A stretch of DNA of 64,000 nt from Candidatus Iainarchaeum sp. (GTDB taxonomy: Archaea > Iainarchaeota > Iainarchaeia > Iainarchaeales > JAZDDZ01): positions 43,223 to 107,222 of the forward strand of contig JAZDDZ010000047.1 of NCBI GenBank assembly GCA_043809245.1, read 5' to 3'. The notes under the pieces were generated by a model. The model made no database searches. It was given only the letters and a program-made list of their open reading frames with translations, and was not told the DNA's origin. The translations under genes and the position numbers were made by a program. This document shows, piece after piece, positions 45,795 through 54,171 of this stretch; the stretch's first letter is position 1; each line of letters begins with the position of its first letter.

Positions 45795-47696
45795 TCACTC
45801 TTTCAATAATTTCCCAATTTCTTGTTTTAAGGCTTTGCTTATCGCGTCACCGGATGCTTTTCCGCGCAGTTGCTTCATTGCATCGCCCATTAAGGCGGAT
45901 AATGCTCCCGAACCTTTGGCTTTCACCATTGAAGCGTTTTTTGCGGCAATTTCCGCAATAATTTTCTGAACTTCCCCTTCATCTGCGCCCTCAATTTTAA
46001 GTTCACCCAAAATTTCTTCAAGGAATTTCTGCGGTGCGCTGCCCCAGTGCTTTAAGACAGCGAGAAGCACTTCCCTTGTGATTTTCTTTTCCTTCAAGGC
46101 AAGAAGCGCTGCCTCAAGCATTTCATCGCTTAAAGCGTCAACGTTTGCCTTTTCGCGCTTGAGCTGCGTCAGGCCTTCAAGCAAAAGCACAGCAGTCGGA
46201 ACAGCCTCAAATCCTTTTCCAACAAGGTGCTCAAAAAAGCGCGCAAAATTGCTTGTGGCCATTTCCTTTGCAAGCTTTTCGCTTAAGCCGAATTTTTCAA
46301 TGTAAAGTTTAATTCGCTCTTTTTCGCTTGAAGGCAAATGCTTTTTTATTTCTTCAAGCATTCCAGCGCTTAATTTTATTGGCGCCAAATCGGTTTCAGG
46401 GTACATTCTTGCGGCTCCGGGAAGTGGGCGCGAGTACTCCGTGTTTCCATCAGCCAAGGCGTTGCGTGTTTCTTCTGGAACTCCTTTCAGGCACTGCTGC
46501 GCCCTTTCAATTACCGCATTGAATACATGAACCGCTTTCTGCTGTTCAGCTACAACAATTACAAAGGCATCGTTTGCATCAAAACCGCTTTTTTTCCTTA
46601 AAGCCTCTTCAACTGAAAAGACTTCTGTCTGCGTTATGCCATAATTCGGGAGTTCATCTGAGTGAAAGATTCCCTTCAAGCCGGCTTTTGCCTTCACGTG
46701 CGCTGCAAACTCCGAGCCAAGCCTTTTCCCGGGCTGCAGTTCTTTTCCGATAATTCCCTTAAAGCCAGCGAGCTTCATTGCATAAGACGCTTTTCCTTTC
46801 GTGATTTTGCAATCGGATTTGTCAAGGATTTTTGAAACTTCAATGAAATCCATTTTCGCAATCTTTTCCTTTGAAGCCTGCCTTTTTTCCAGAGCCCATT
46901 TCACTTCCACTAACTTCAATTGCCTTTCCACTTCGCGCTGAACATACAAGTCAATCAAGTCCAGTTCCTGCACGCCCTTAATTTCAACGCGCGCTCCGCC
47001 GCGGATTGAAACATTCAAGTCCTGCCTAATTGTGCCCAGGCCGCGCTTCACTCTTCCAGTCAGGCGGAAAATTGTGCCGATTGCACGCGCAGCTTCCTTT
47101 GCTTCCTTTGGCGAGGAAATGCCAGGCGCGGTTGCAAGCTCTATCAACGGAATCCCCAAGCGGTCAAGCCTGTAAAAAATTTCATTATCGGTTTTCTTTG
47201 TGGGCCTTGCAGCGTCCTCTTCCAATGCAATTGTCTGCACGCCCAATTCTTTTCCGCTTTCCAGCCTTATTTTTCCGCCTGTTGCAACAAGCGCGGTTCT
47301 CTGAAAACCCGAGGTATTGGAACCGTCAATCACTGCTTTTCTCATAACAAATATTTCATCCATTACATCCGCGCCAAGCATGAGCGAGATTTCAAGCACT
47401 GTTTTTAGCGCATCTTTGTCGGCTGGCTTTACTGGCTCTTCGTCCAGTTCAATCAGGCAATTGGTGTCCTTGTATGCCTCGTAAACAAATGTAATGCCTT
47501 TAGCCGCTGCTTCTAGAGCAGCCGCATCATATTCCCCTAACTCTGATGCAACCGCGCGCAGCTGCCTTTTAACCAAAAGATGCGGTTTGTCTTCGCGTAA
47601 AATGCTTGGGCACCTGCAGAACAGTTTGCCGGATTCAAGCTGTTGGTGCACTTCCAAGCCGCATTTCAAGCCCAATTGTTTGAAGTCAAGGTCCAT
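45795..47696 (-). CDS. gatE: Glu-tRNA(Gln) amidotransferase subunit E
   Basis: GLEVHQQL, DGSNTSGFQRT, RLDRLGIPLIE, RGLGTIRQDLN, PGAARMYPETD. Confidence 0.95.
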   Translation of the reverse strand: MDLDFKQLGLKCGLEVHQQLESGKLFCRCPSILREDKPHLLVKRQLRAVASELGEYDAAALEAAAKGITFVYEAYKDTNCLIELDEEPVKPADKDALKTVLEISLMLGADVMDEIFVMRKAVIDGSNTSGFQRTALVATGGKIRLESGKELGVQTIALEEDAARPTKKTDNEIFYRLDRLGIPLIELATAPGISSPKEAKEAARAIGTIFRLTGRVKRGLGTIRQDLNVSIRGGARVEIKGVQELDLIDLYVQREVERQLKLVEVKWALEKRQASKEKIAKMDFIEVSKILDKSDCKITKGKASYAMKLAGFKGIIGKELQPGKRLGSEFAAHVKAKAGLKGIFHSDELPNYGITQTEVFSVEEALRKKSGFDANDAFVIVVAEQQKAVHVFNAVIERAQQCLKGVPEETRNALADGNTEYSRPLPGAARMYPETDLAPIKLSAGMLEEIKKHLPSSEKERIKLYIEKFGLSEKLAKEMATSNFARFFEHLVGKGFEAVPTAVLLLEGLTQLKREKANVDALSDEMLEAALLALKEKKITREVLLAVLKHWGSAPQKFLEEILGELKIEGADEGEVQKIIAEIAAKNASMVKAKGSGALSALMGDAMKQLRGKASGDAISKALKQEIGKLLKE

Positions 47697-47752
47697 CAGC
47701 ACACCAAAAGAAAGGTGAACAAAAAGGGTTTTAAATGGCTATTTGCAGCCTA

Positions 47753-48727
47753 TTAAAAGTATTTTATTTTGTGCACTTTGTGGAACAGGAAGTAATCGTA
47801 GTCCTTCACTTTTCCGGGGAATTTTGCGCTGAATTTTTTGACAAAGCGCTCCATTTCCTCGGGCCTTTCAGCCAGGATTTCAATTTCCAAGTCTGCGAAG
47901 CTGATTGACTTGTCGATGTAGATTGTTGAAGGCTCCGCGAGGGCAAAGGAAACCATTTCAGCGTATTTGTCCAGGTCATTTAACTGAAAATTTATCTTGT
48001 ACATTGCGAGCCCCATTTTCTCCAGGTTCAGCCTTGCCCTGAATCCTTTAATAATTCCGTTTTTTTTCAGGTTTTTCATCAGGAGCTTTATGCTTGAAAC
48101 GGAAATGCCTGTTTTCTTTGCGAGTTCAACAGTAGGCAGCCTTGCGTTTTCGCTTAAGGCGGAGAGGAGCTTTTTTTCCGAATCAGAAATCGAAATCGAG
48201 CCAAATGTTTCCCCCACAACCTGCACCGGCCTATCAAGGATTTTTTCAGGCACAAGGAATGCCGCGGCACAGTCATGCACTTTCGTGTAAGGGCAAACCA
48301 CGCTTTTAAGCATAAATTTTTTGTATTTAGAGGTTATTTTTTCCCAGAATTGCTCAAACTCATATATGTTCTTCATGTAGGAGACAAAGCCGAAATTGAA
48401 TTCCCCTGAAATGCTGCCAACCCACCAAGTGAATGGGCTTGAAGTAATTGCTTCAACGAATCCTTTTTCCTCCTCTACCGTATCAAACCTTACCCTCAGG
48501 TAAATCCCGATTCCCTGGAAGCCAAGCAAAGGCTTGTCAATCACTGTATAAAAAGAAACAATGAATTCTTCCCTTAGAAGCCTGTTAATGCGGTAATTTA
48601 CCACATTTTTATCCATTGCCATTTTTTTTGCAATCTGCGAGTTTGACTGCCTTGAATTGCAGTCAAGCTCGAAAAGAATAAGCCTGTCCTTTTCATCCAA
48701 ACCACCAAACTTTGCCTGTTTAGCCAT
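47753..48727 (-). CDS. Tandem Lrp/AsnC-family regulator
   Basis: LDEKDRLILFELDCNSRQS..VNYRINRL and LSENARLPTVELAKK. Confidence 0.85.
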   Translation of the reverse strand: MAKQAKFGGLDEKDRLILFELDCNSRQSNSQIAKKMAMDKNVVNYRINRLLREEFIVSFYTVIDKPLLGFQGIGIYLRVRFDTVEEEKGFVEAITSSPFTWWVGSISGEFNFGFVSYMKNIYEFEQFWEKITSKYKKFMLKSVVCPYTKVHDCAAAFLVPEKILDRPVQVVGETFGSISISDSEKKLLSALSENARLPTVELAKKTGISVSSIKLLMKNLKKNGIIKGFRARLNLEKMGLAMYKINFQLNDLDKYAEMVSFALAEPSTIYIDKSISFADLEIEILAERPEEMERFVKKFSAKFPGKVKDYDYFLFHKVHKIKYF

Positions 48728-48912
48728 ATTTAATCATATAGCTCAAAATAGCATAAAAATATATCTGTTTGAACAAAAAATAGTACTTAATTTTTATTAA
48801 GTTGAAATGATGCTATTTATTTGTGGTGTTATAAAAAAGAAAAAAAACAAGGCCAGTCTTCCGAAGCATTTGTTTAACTGCTTCAGCAAGTTTTGAGGAA
48901 AGGCATAAAACT

Positions 48913-49782
48913 ATGCAGCAGAAAAAGTTAGCCTCAGCCATTAGGCGCGAGGCAAAAAAAGGGAAAGCAGTTGTGCTTTGCTCCGGCGGAGTTGACAGCA
49001 CTGTTTGCGCAGTGCTTGCAAAAAATGCCTTGGGCAGCAAAGCGGTTTTTTATTTCATTGATTCAGGTTTCCAGCGGAAATTTGAAGCCCAAAAAGCTGA
49101 AAAAAATCTGGAAAAACTTGGAATCACGCTAAAAATTTTTAATGCAGGGCATTGCTTTTCACAGCTGAAAAAAAGCAGGGCAAATTCAGTTGAAAGAAGG
49201 GCGCTTTCCCTGGCTGGTTTTTCCCGCGCGGTTGAATTGATTTCAAAAAAAGAGAAATGCCGGGCATTTATTTTTGGGACAACCCAAGATGATTTGGCTG
49301 CGTCGGGAAAACAGTCAGGCGCGAATAAAAGCGGGTTCACGATTATTGAGCCGCTTAAATGCCTGGAAAAAAAACAGGTGCGCGGGCTTGCGGAACAACT
49401 GGGCATTCCAAAAAAAATTATTCACGCACAGCACTTTCCTGGGCCTGGGCTTTCATTGAGGGTTTTAGGCAGGCTGGATGGCAGAAACATCGCGTTGGCA
49501 CAGGAACTTCACGCGTTTTTTGAAAAGAAAAAGAATTGGCTTGTCGGGAAAAAGGGGGATTCAATCTTTTTTCCTTTTGTTATCCCTGCAAATGAAAATG
49601 GGAAAAAGTGGGTTGGGATTAGGGCACTAAAACAAGTTAACGCAGAAACTGCAATACTGCCGGAATTAAGGTTAGAAAAACTATGGCTGCTTGCAGCAGG
49701 GATATTGGATGAATTTCCCTCGGTTGGAAGAGTGCTTCTGGATATATCCCCAAAACCACCGGCAAAAATGGAGATGCTTTGA
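48913..49782 (+). CDS. Divergent GMP synthase ATP-pyrophosphatase subunit-like protein
   Basis: SGGVDS, IEPL..K..VR, FPGPGL, RVLLDISPKPPA. Confidence 0.75.
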   Translation: MQQKKLASAIRREAKKGKAVVLCSGGVDSTVCAVLAKNALGSKAVFYFIDSGFQRKFEAQKAEKNLEKLGITLKIFNAGHCFSQLKKSRANSVERRALSLAGFSRAVELISKKEKCRAFIFGTTQDDLAASGKQSGANKSGFTIIEPLKCLEKKQVRGLAEQLGIPKKIIHAQHFPGPGLSLRVLGRLDGRNIALAQELHAFFEKKKNWLVGKKGDSIFFPFVIPANENGKKWVGIRALKQVNAETAILPELRLEKLWLLAAGILDEFPSVGRVLLDISPKPPAKMEML

Positions 49783-50556
49783 ATGAAAAAAGAAAACAAC
49801 ATCGCTCTAATCTGGGACGTATTACTTCACTTCATGTATCCACAGGAATACGCGGAATCGCTGGCAGAATTCCTGAAGAAAAAAAAGGCGCACTCGATTC
49901 TTGACGCCTCATGCGGCACTGGCTTTCCGTCAATAGAGCTTGCAAAGAAGGGCTTTAATGTAATAGGCGCTGATGCGGATGAAAAAATGCTTGAAAGGGC
50001 AAAGCAGAAAAGCGTGGAACAATGCGCGAAACTTGAATTCATGAAGGTTGACTGGACAAAACTATCAAAAACATTCACGCAAAAATTCGACTGCGTCATG
50101 TGCAGGGGAAACTCGCTTCCTTATGCGGCATCGTGGGGAAAAGAGTCACTTGACATCCCAATTGCAAGGAAAAAAATTGAAAAGGCCGTTGAAAACTTTT
50201 ATGCGGTTCTGAAAAAAGGCGGCATATGCTATATTGATGCGGCGCCAAAAGTTGATTTCCTCCCGAACCACAAAAAAGAAGTCATTTTTGACCCGCTTGT
50301 GATTGACGGCAAAAGCGTCAGGATGATCCAGCGAATTTACCACGACAACAAGAAGCACATCAGGCACTGGAAACCAATTGTTGAAATTACCGCCAATGGC
50401 AAAACCAAAACCATGTGGAAAAAATACAAAGGCTATCACTTGGGGCACGATATCCTTGTCTCGCTGATGAAAAAAGCCGGTTTTTGCAAAGTGGACGAAT
50501 ACGTTGAAATAAAAGGCGAAAAGAATTATGACGTGTTCGTCGGCTACAAGAAATAA
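49783..50556 (+). CDS. Class I SAM methyltransferase (glycine/sarcosine N-MTase-like)
   Basis: ILDASCGTG, FDCVMCRGNSLPY, LKKGGICYID. Confidence 0.8.
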   Translation: MKKENNIALIWDVLLHFMYPQEYAESLAEFLKKKKAHSILDASCGTGFPSIELAKKGFNVIGADADEKMLERAKQKSVEQCAKLEFMKVDWTKLSKTFTQKFDCVMCRGNSLPYAASWGKESLDIPIARKKIEKAVENFYAVLKKGGICYIDAAPKVDFLPNHKKEVIFDPLVIDGKSVRMIQRIYHDNKKHIRHWKPIVEITANGKTKTMWKKYKGYHLGHDILVSLMKKAGFCKVDEYVEIKGEKNYDVFVGYKK

Positions 50557-51150
50557 TTAAGCGCTTTTTTTCGCAATCCAGATTCTCTGGAGTGCCGTGA
50601 AGTTTGAGAGCACTGCAAGGAAGGCAATAACGTAAACAAGGAATGAAAGGTCAATTGACGCGGCAATGATTCCAGCAAACAATAAAATCATTCTCTCAGC
50701 CCTCTCCAAAAGACCGCCTTTCAGTTCCTTTTCCACTAATTCTTTTTCTTTTGCCGCAGCCTTAACGTAAGTTGTCATCATTGCGCCGAAAAAGTAAAGG
50801 AAAAGCCATGCAACAGCCGGAATGAAGAAAAACGGAAGGGAAACGAATAAAAGAGCGAAAACAATTATTGCCTCAATGTACCTGTCCACAATTGTGTCCA
50901 GAAAAGCGCCGAACTTGCTCACTGTGCCTGTAACGCGAGCAACAGAGCCGTCAACAAAGTCAAGGAACGCGGCAACAATCAATGAAACCGCGGCAAAAAC
51001 AAACTGCTGCTGGAAAATGAACCAAAAAGCCGCAATAGCGGGAAGGATTGAGATAAGAGTCCAGGCGTTAGCGCTGAAGGGGATTTTGCTGAATGCAATG
51101 CCTATTTTTACCGACAACTTTTCAAACCTTTCACGGTTCCTGTAAAGCAA
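50557..51150 (-). CDS. CDP-alcohol phosphatidyltransferase (archaetidylinositol-phosphate synthase-like)
   Basis: DFVDGSVAR..GAFLDTIVDRY, YVKA, ERAER; downstream of ino1. Confidence 0.88.
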   Translation of the reverse strand: MLYRNRERFEKLSVKIGIAFSKIPFSANAWTLISILPAIAAFWFIFQQQFVFAAVSLIVAAFLDFVDGSVARVTGTVSKFGAFLDTIVDRYIEAIIVFALLFVSLPFFFIPAVAWLFLYFFGAMMTTYVKAAAKEKELVEKELKGGLLERAERMILLFAGIIAASIDLSFLVYVIAFLAVLSNFTALQRIWIAKKSA

Positions 51151-51182
51151 GCATTCACCTTTTATGAGATAATTTTGCAGTA

Positions 51183-51215
51183 ATTCCGCAGCGGAAATGT
51201 ACTCCCCCCAAAGCT
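51183..51215 (+). repeat. Conserved palindromic motif upstream of endonuclease gene
   Basis: ATTCCGC-A-GCGGAAA, 15 bp identical to 44615..44629. Confidence 0.75.
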
Positions 51216-51278
51216 AAATAAATGCTATTTTTCCAAATTAATAGGAAACAAAGTAGTTAAAATGCTTGGTGATTAAGA

Positions 51279-52358
51279 TTGGAAAATCCTATTTTGACTT
51301 ATAACGAATTCATAATACATTTCCCATCAATTAAGCCGAAAAGCAAGAGGTTAGCCAACAAACTGTTGCCACTGTATCCTTCCACTGAACTTGCCCAGAT
51401 AACTGGCGCCTTGTTGACCGACGGGCATGTCGACTGGTATGTTTCTGACGGCAGTCCGAGAACAAGGAAAATTATTTTATACTCAAGCAATGAAGAGGAA
51501 TGTGAGTGGTTTTCTGGTTTGGTCAAAAAAGTTTTTGCCGTTGAACCAAAAATTACAGCCTATTTGCCAAAATACGGGCAATTCAAGTTGCAGCCCTACA
51601 AAGCGGTCTTAAATAATTCAGTCGTTGCCCAAACAATGATTCTTTTAGGGGTTTGCGCGGGAGACAAAACAAAATGCGGGTATAAGGTTCCAGAATGGAT
51701 TCTGAATGGAAACAAGAAGATTAAAGCTGCATTCCTGAAAACTGTTTTTACTTTCGACGGTTCAAAACCATACAAGAGAAAAAATACGTGGACTATCAGC
51801 TATAGCACAACCGTGACAAAAGAAGCCCTGCCTAACGGCTTTTTGCTTTTCAAACAGCTTAACCAACTTTTAAAAGAATTCGGCGTAACTTTCAGTTCAA
51901 TTCCAACAGCACACTTGAAAGAGAATGGGAAATTCATGCTAATATCATCCGCATCATCTAGAGAGTCAATTACTAATTTTTTACGGAATTTGGGCTATCT
52001 TAACGAAAACAAGCAAAGAAGGCTGGCTTACGCGGTTGCTGAAATTTTTAAGCTCGCAAGAATACGCTCTCCAAAAAATAACCACTTGTTAAGCAAATTC
52101 AAAAAAATTTTTGGAACAGACAAAGAAACAGCTTTTTTTGTTAATAAGCTCCTTAAAACAAAGTATACAAAAAGGCAATTTGAGCATTTCCGGAGAAACG
52201 AAACAATGGCGCCTTTGGAAATACTTGCCTTAGCGCTGAAAAAAACCAAAACAAAAAATTATTTGCCTGACTGGGCAAAATTTTTGCACAGCCATTATCT
52301 TTCTCTAGTTCCGTTGATGAATTCTTCAACCATTTCTTTGGCTGCAGATGGAGAGTAG
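51279..52358 (+). CDS. Free-standing LAGLIDADG endonuclease overlapping the ino1 3' end in antisense
   Basis: LAQITGALLTDG, FLKTVFTFDG, LGYLNENKQ; HTH-like C-terminus; 64-bp tail-to-tail overlap. Confidence 0.82.
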   Translation: MENPILTYNEFIIHFPSIKPKSKRLANKLLPLYPSTELAQITGALLTDGHVDWYVSDGSPRTRKIILYSSNEEECEWFSGLVKKVFAVEPKITAYLPKYGQFKLQPYKAVLNNSVVAQTMILLGVCAGDKTKCGYKVPEWILNGNKKIKAAFLKTVFTFDGSKPYKRKNTWTISYSTTVTKEALPNGFLLFKQLNQLLKEFGVTFSSIPTAHLKENGKFMLISSASSRESITNFLRNLGYLNENKQRRLAYAVAEIFKLARIRSPKNNHLLSKFKKIFGTDKETAFFVNKLLKTKYTKRQFEHFRRNETMAPLEILALALKKTKTKNYLPDWAKFLHSHYLSLVPLMNSSTISLAADGE

Positions 52359-53401
52359 TGCACTGGCGGATGTTTCATTAAATACGCGCTAGGTGATATT
52401 AGGGCTCCGCCAATTTTCCTATCCAATGCAAGTTTTATTGCTCTTATTGCGTCAATTACCACGCCCGCCGAGTTAGGGCTGTCTTCGACACTTAACCGAA
52501 GTTCAAGTTCCACGGGCACATTGCCGAATTTTCTGCCTTCAATCCTAATGAAACAGATTTTATTGTCATTCTGCCAGGGAACATAGTCGCTTGGGCCAAT
52601 GTGAATGTTGTCTGGCTCAAGCCTCACGCCAAGCATTGCCTGCACTGCTTCCGTCTTGCTTATCTTTTTGCTTTTAAGCCTTGCCCTTTCAAGCATGTTA
52701 AGAAAATCCGTGTTCCCGCCGGTGTTAAGCTGATAAGTACGGTCAATTTTGATGCCCCTGTCCCAAAATAATTTTGTCAATGCCTTATGGGTTATTGTGG
52801 CGCCAAGCTGTGAGGCCACATCATCCCCAATTATTGGCAAGCATTTCTCCCTGAATCTTTTCTCCCATTCAGGCGTTGAGGCAATGAATACAGGCATGCA
52901 GTTAACCATTGCAGTGCCTGTTTCAAGGCAGGCGTTCGCATAATATTCTACAGCCTGCTGTGAACCGACAGGCATGTAATTAACCAGAACATCGGCTTTG
53001 GCTGCCTTTAGCGCGGAAACAACGTCAATTGGCTTCTGGTTTCCGTCAACGCGAAAAGCCCGGTCATCGGGAAAATTCTCCATGTGGGCTGCAACGCCGT
53101 CAAGCACAGGCGCTTTCTGCACAATGACCCCGCTTTTAGGCAGATCTTTCTGGAAAACCGTGGTGCAGTTTGGCTTTTCAAAAATCGCCTCGCTTAAATC
53201 CTTGCCGACCTTTCTTTTGTCAACGTCAAAGGCCGCAACGAATTTTATGTCAGAAATTTTGTAGCCGCCGAAAACATTATGCATTAAGCCGGGGATAGCC
53301 TCGTCTTTTTCTGAAACAGATTTATAGAAGGAAACGCCCTGAACAAGGGAACTGGAGCAGTTTCCGACTCCCGCAATTGCAACGCGAATTTCTTCAGCCA
53401 A
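52295..53401 (-). CDS. ino1: myo-inositol-1-phosphate synthase
   Basis: GVGNCSSSLVQG, YQLNTGGNTDFLNM, KKISKT, DSPNSAGVVIDAIR. Confidence 0.95.
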   Translation of the reverse strand: MAEEIRVAIAGVGNCSSSLVQGVSFYKSVSEKDEAIPGLMHNVFGGYKISDIKFVAAFDVDKRKVGKDLSEAIFEKPNCTTVFQKDLPKSGVIVQKAPVLDGVAAHMENFPDDRAFRVDGNQKPIDVVSALKAAKADVLVNYMPVGSQQAVEYYANACLETGTAMVNCMPVFIASTPEWEKRFREKCLPIIGDDVASQLGATITHKALTKLFWDRGIKIDRTYQLNTGGNTDFLNMLERARLKSKKISKTEAVQAMLGVRLEPDNIHIGPSDYVPWQNDNKICFIRIEGRKFGNVPVELELRLSVEDSPNSAGVVIDAIRAIKLALDRKIGGALISPSAYLMKHPPVHYSPSAAKEMVEEFINGTRER

Positions 53402-53421
53402 AAAAACAACCTCCGAGCCAC

Positions 53422-53463
53422 TATTTTACCGTTGTAAAATAACTATTTTATGCTTGTAAAATA
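53422..53463. promoter_or_regulatory. Tandem TATTTTA..TAAAATA operators between ino1 and PadR
   Basis: TATTTTAC-CGTT-GTAAAATA and TATTTTA-TGCTTG-TAAAATA. Confidence 0.65.
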
Positions 53464-53491
53464 TTTAAACCTTTCGCTCGCCTTTCTCTTC

Positions 53492-53818
53492 ATGGCTTCC
53501 CTTGAAAGCAGCCCTGAGATAAGGCGCCTGGAAAGCAAGCTTGGCGTGGAGCTTTTGTGGCTTTTCATACTATCCCTGCTTAAAAAAGAGGGAAAAACGC
53601 ATGCCTATGCGCTCCGCAAGAAAATCAAGGAAAGCTTCGGCTTTTTGCCGGGAAATGTCTCCGCTTACGTGGTGCTTTACAAGCTGGAGTCAAGGGGCTT
53701 TGTGAAAACCAAAAAGGATGGAAACCGCGTGGTTTACTCTATTACGCAGAAGGGAAATGATTTGTTCAGGGAAGCCGAGAAAAGCATGGGAAGGAAAATG
53801 AATCTTATTTTCGGGTAA
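53492..53818 (+). CDS. PadR-family regulator
   Basis: FILSLL..HAYALRK..YVVLYKLESRGFV..YSITQKG. Confidence 0.88.
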   Translation: MASLESSPEIRRLESKLGVELLWLFILSLLKKEGKTHAYALRKKIKESFGFLPGNVSAYVVLYKLESRGFVKTKKDGNRVVYSITQKGNDLFREAEKSMGRKMNLIFG

Positions 53819-53828
53819 AAAATTCGCG

Positions 53829-54167
53829 TTATCTTCTTCTCATCCGGTCTGTTTCCCTGATTGCATCCGCCATGCTGCCTTCGCCGTACTGGGAAATGTT
53901 TGCCTCAAGGTTTTTCAGCTGGCCTTTTATGAACATCTTTTTCGCAATAAAGTAAAGCGCAATGAAAGCAAAAATCGCGTTAAGGGCAAGGAAAATTGCG
54001 TCGGATTTAAGGAAAGCGTAAAAGCTGAGTAGCGCCGCGCCGAGGAAAGCTATGCCGTTATAGGTGTAAGTGAAGCGCTTGAATTTTTTCAAATGGTTAA
54101 TGTAAAAGGCGAGCAGAATGAAGAACATGCCCAACGCGCCAATAGCGGTTACAAGAATTTCATCCAT
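53829..54167 (-). CDS. Small 3-TM membrane protein (CBU_0592/PQ-loop-like)
   Basis: IGALGMFFILLAF..YN..GAALL.FYA..FLALN. Confidence 0.65.
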   Translation of the reverse strand: MDEILVTAIGALGMFFILLAFYINHLKKFKRFTYTYNGIAFLGAALLSFYAFLKSDAIFLALNAIFAFIALYFIAKKMFIKGQLKNLEANISQYGEGSMADAIRETDRMRRR

Positions 54168-54171
54168 TTTT

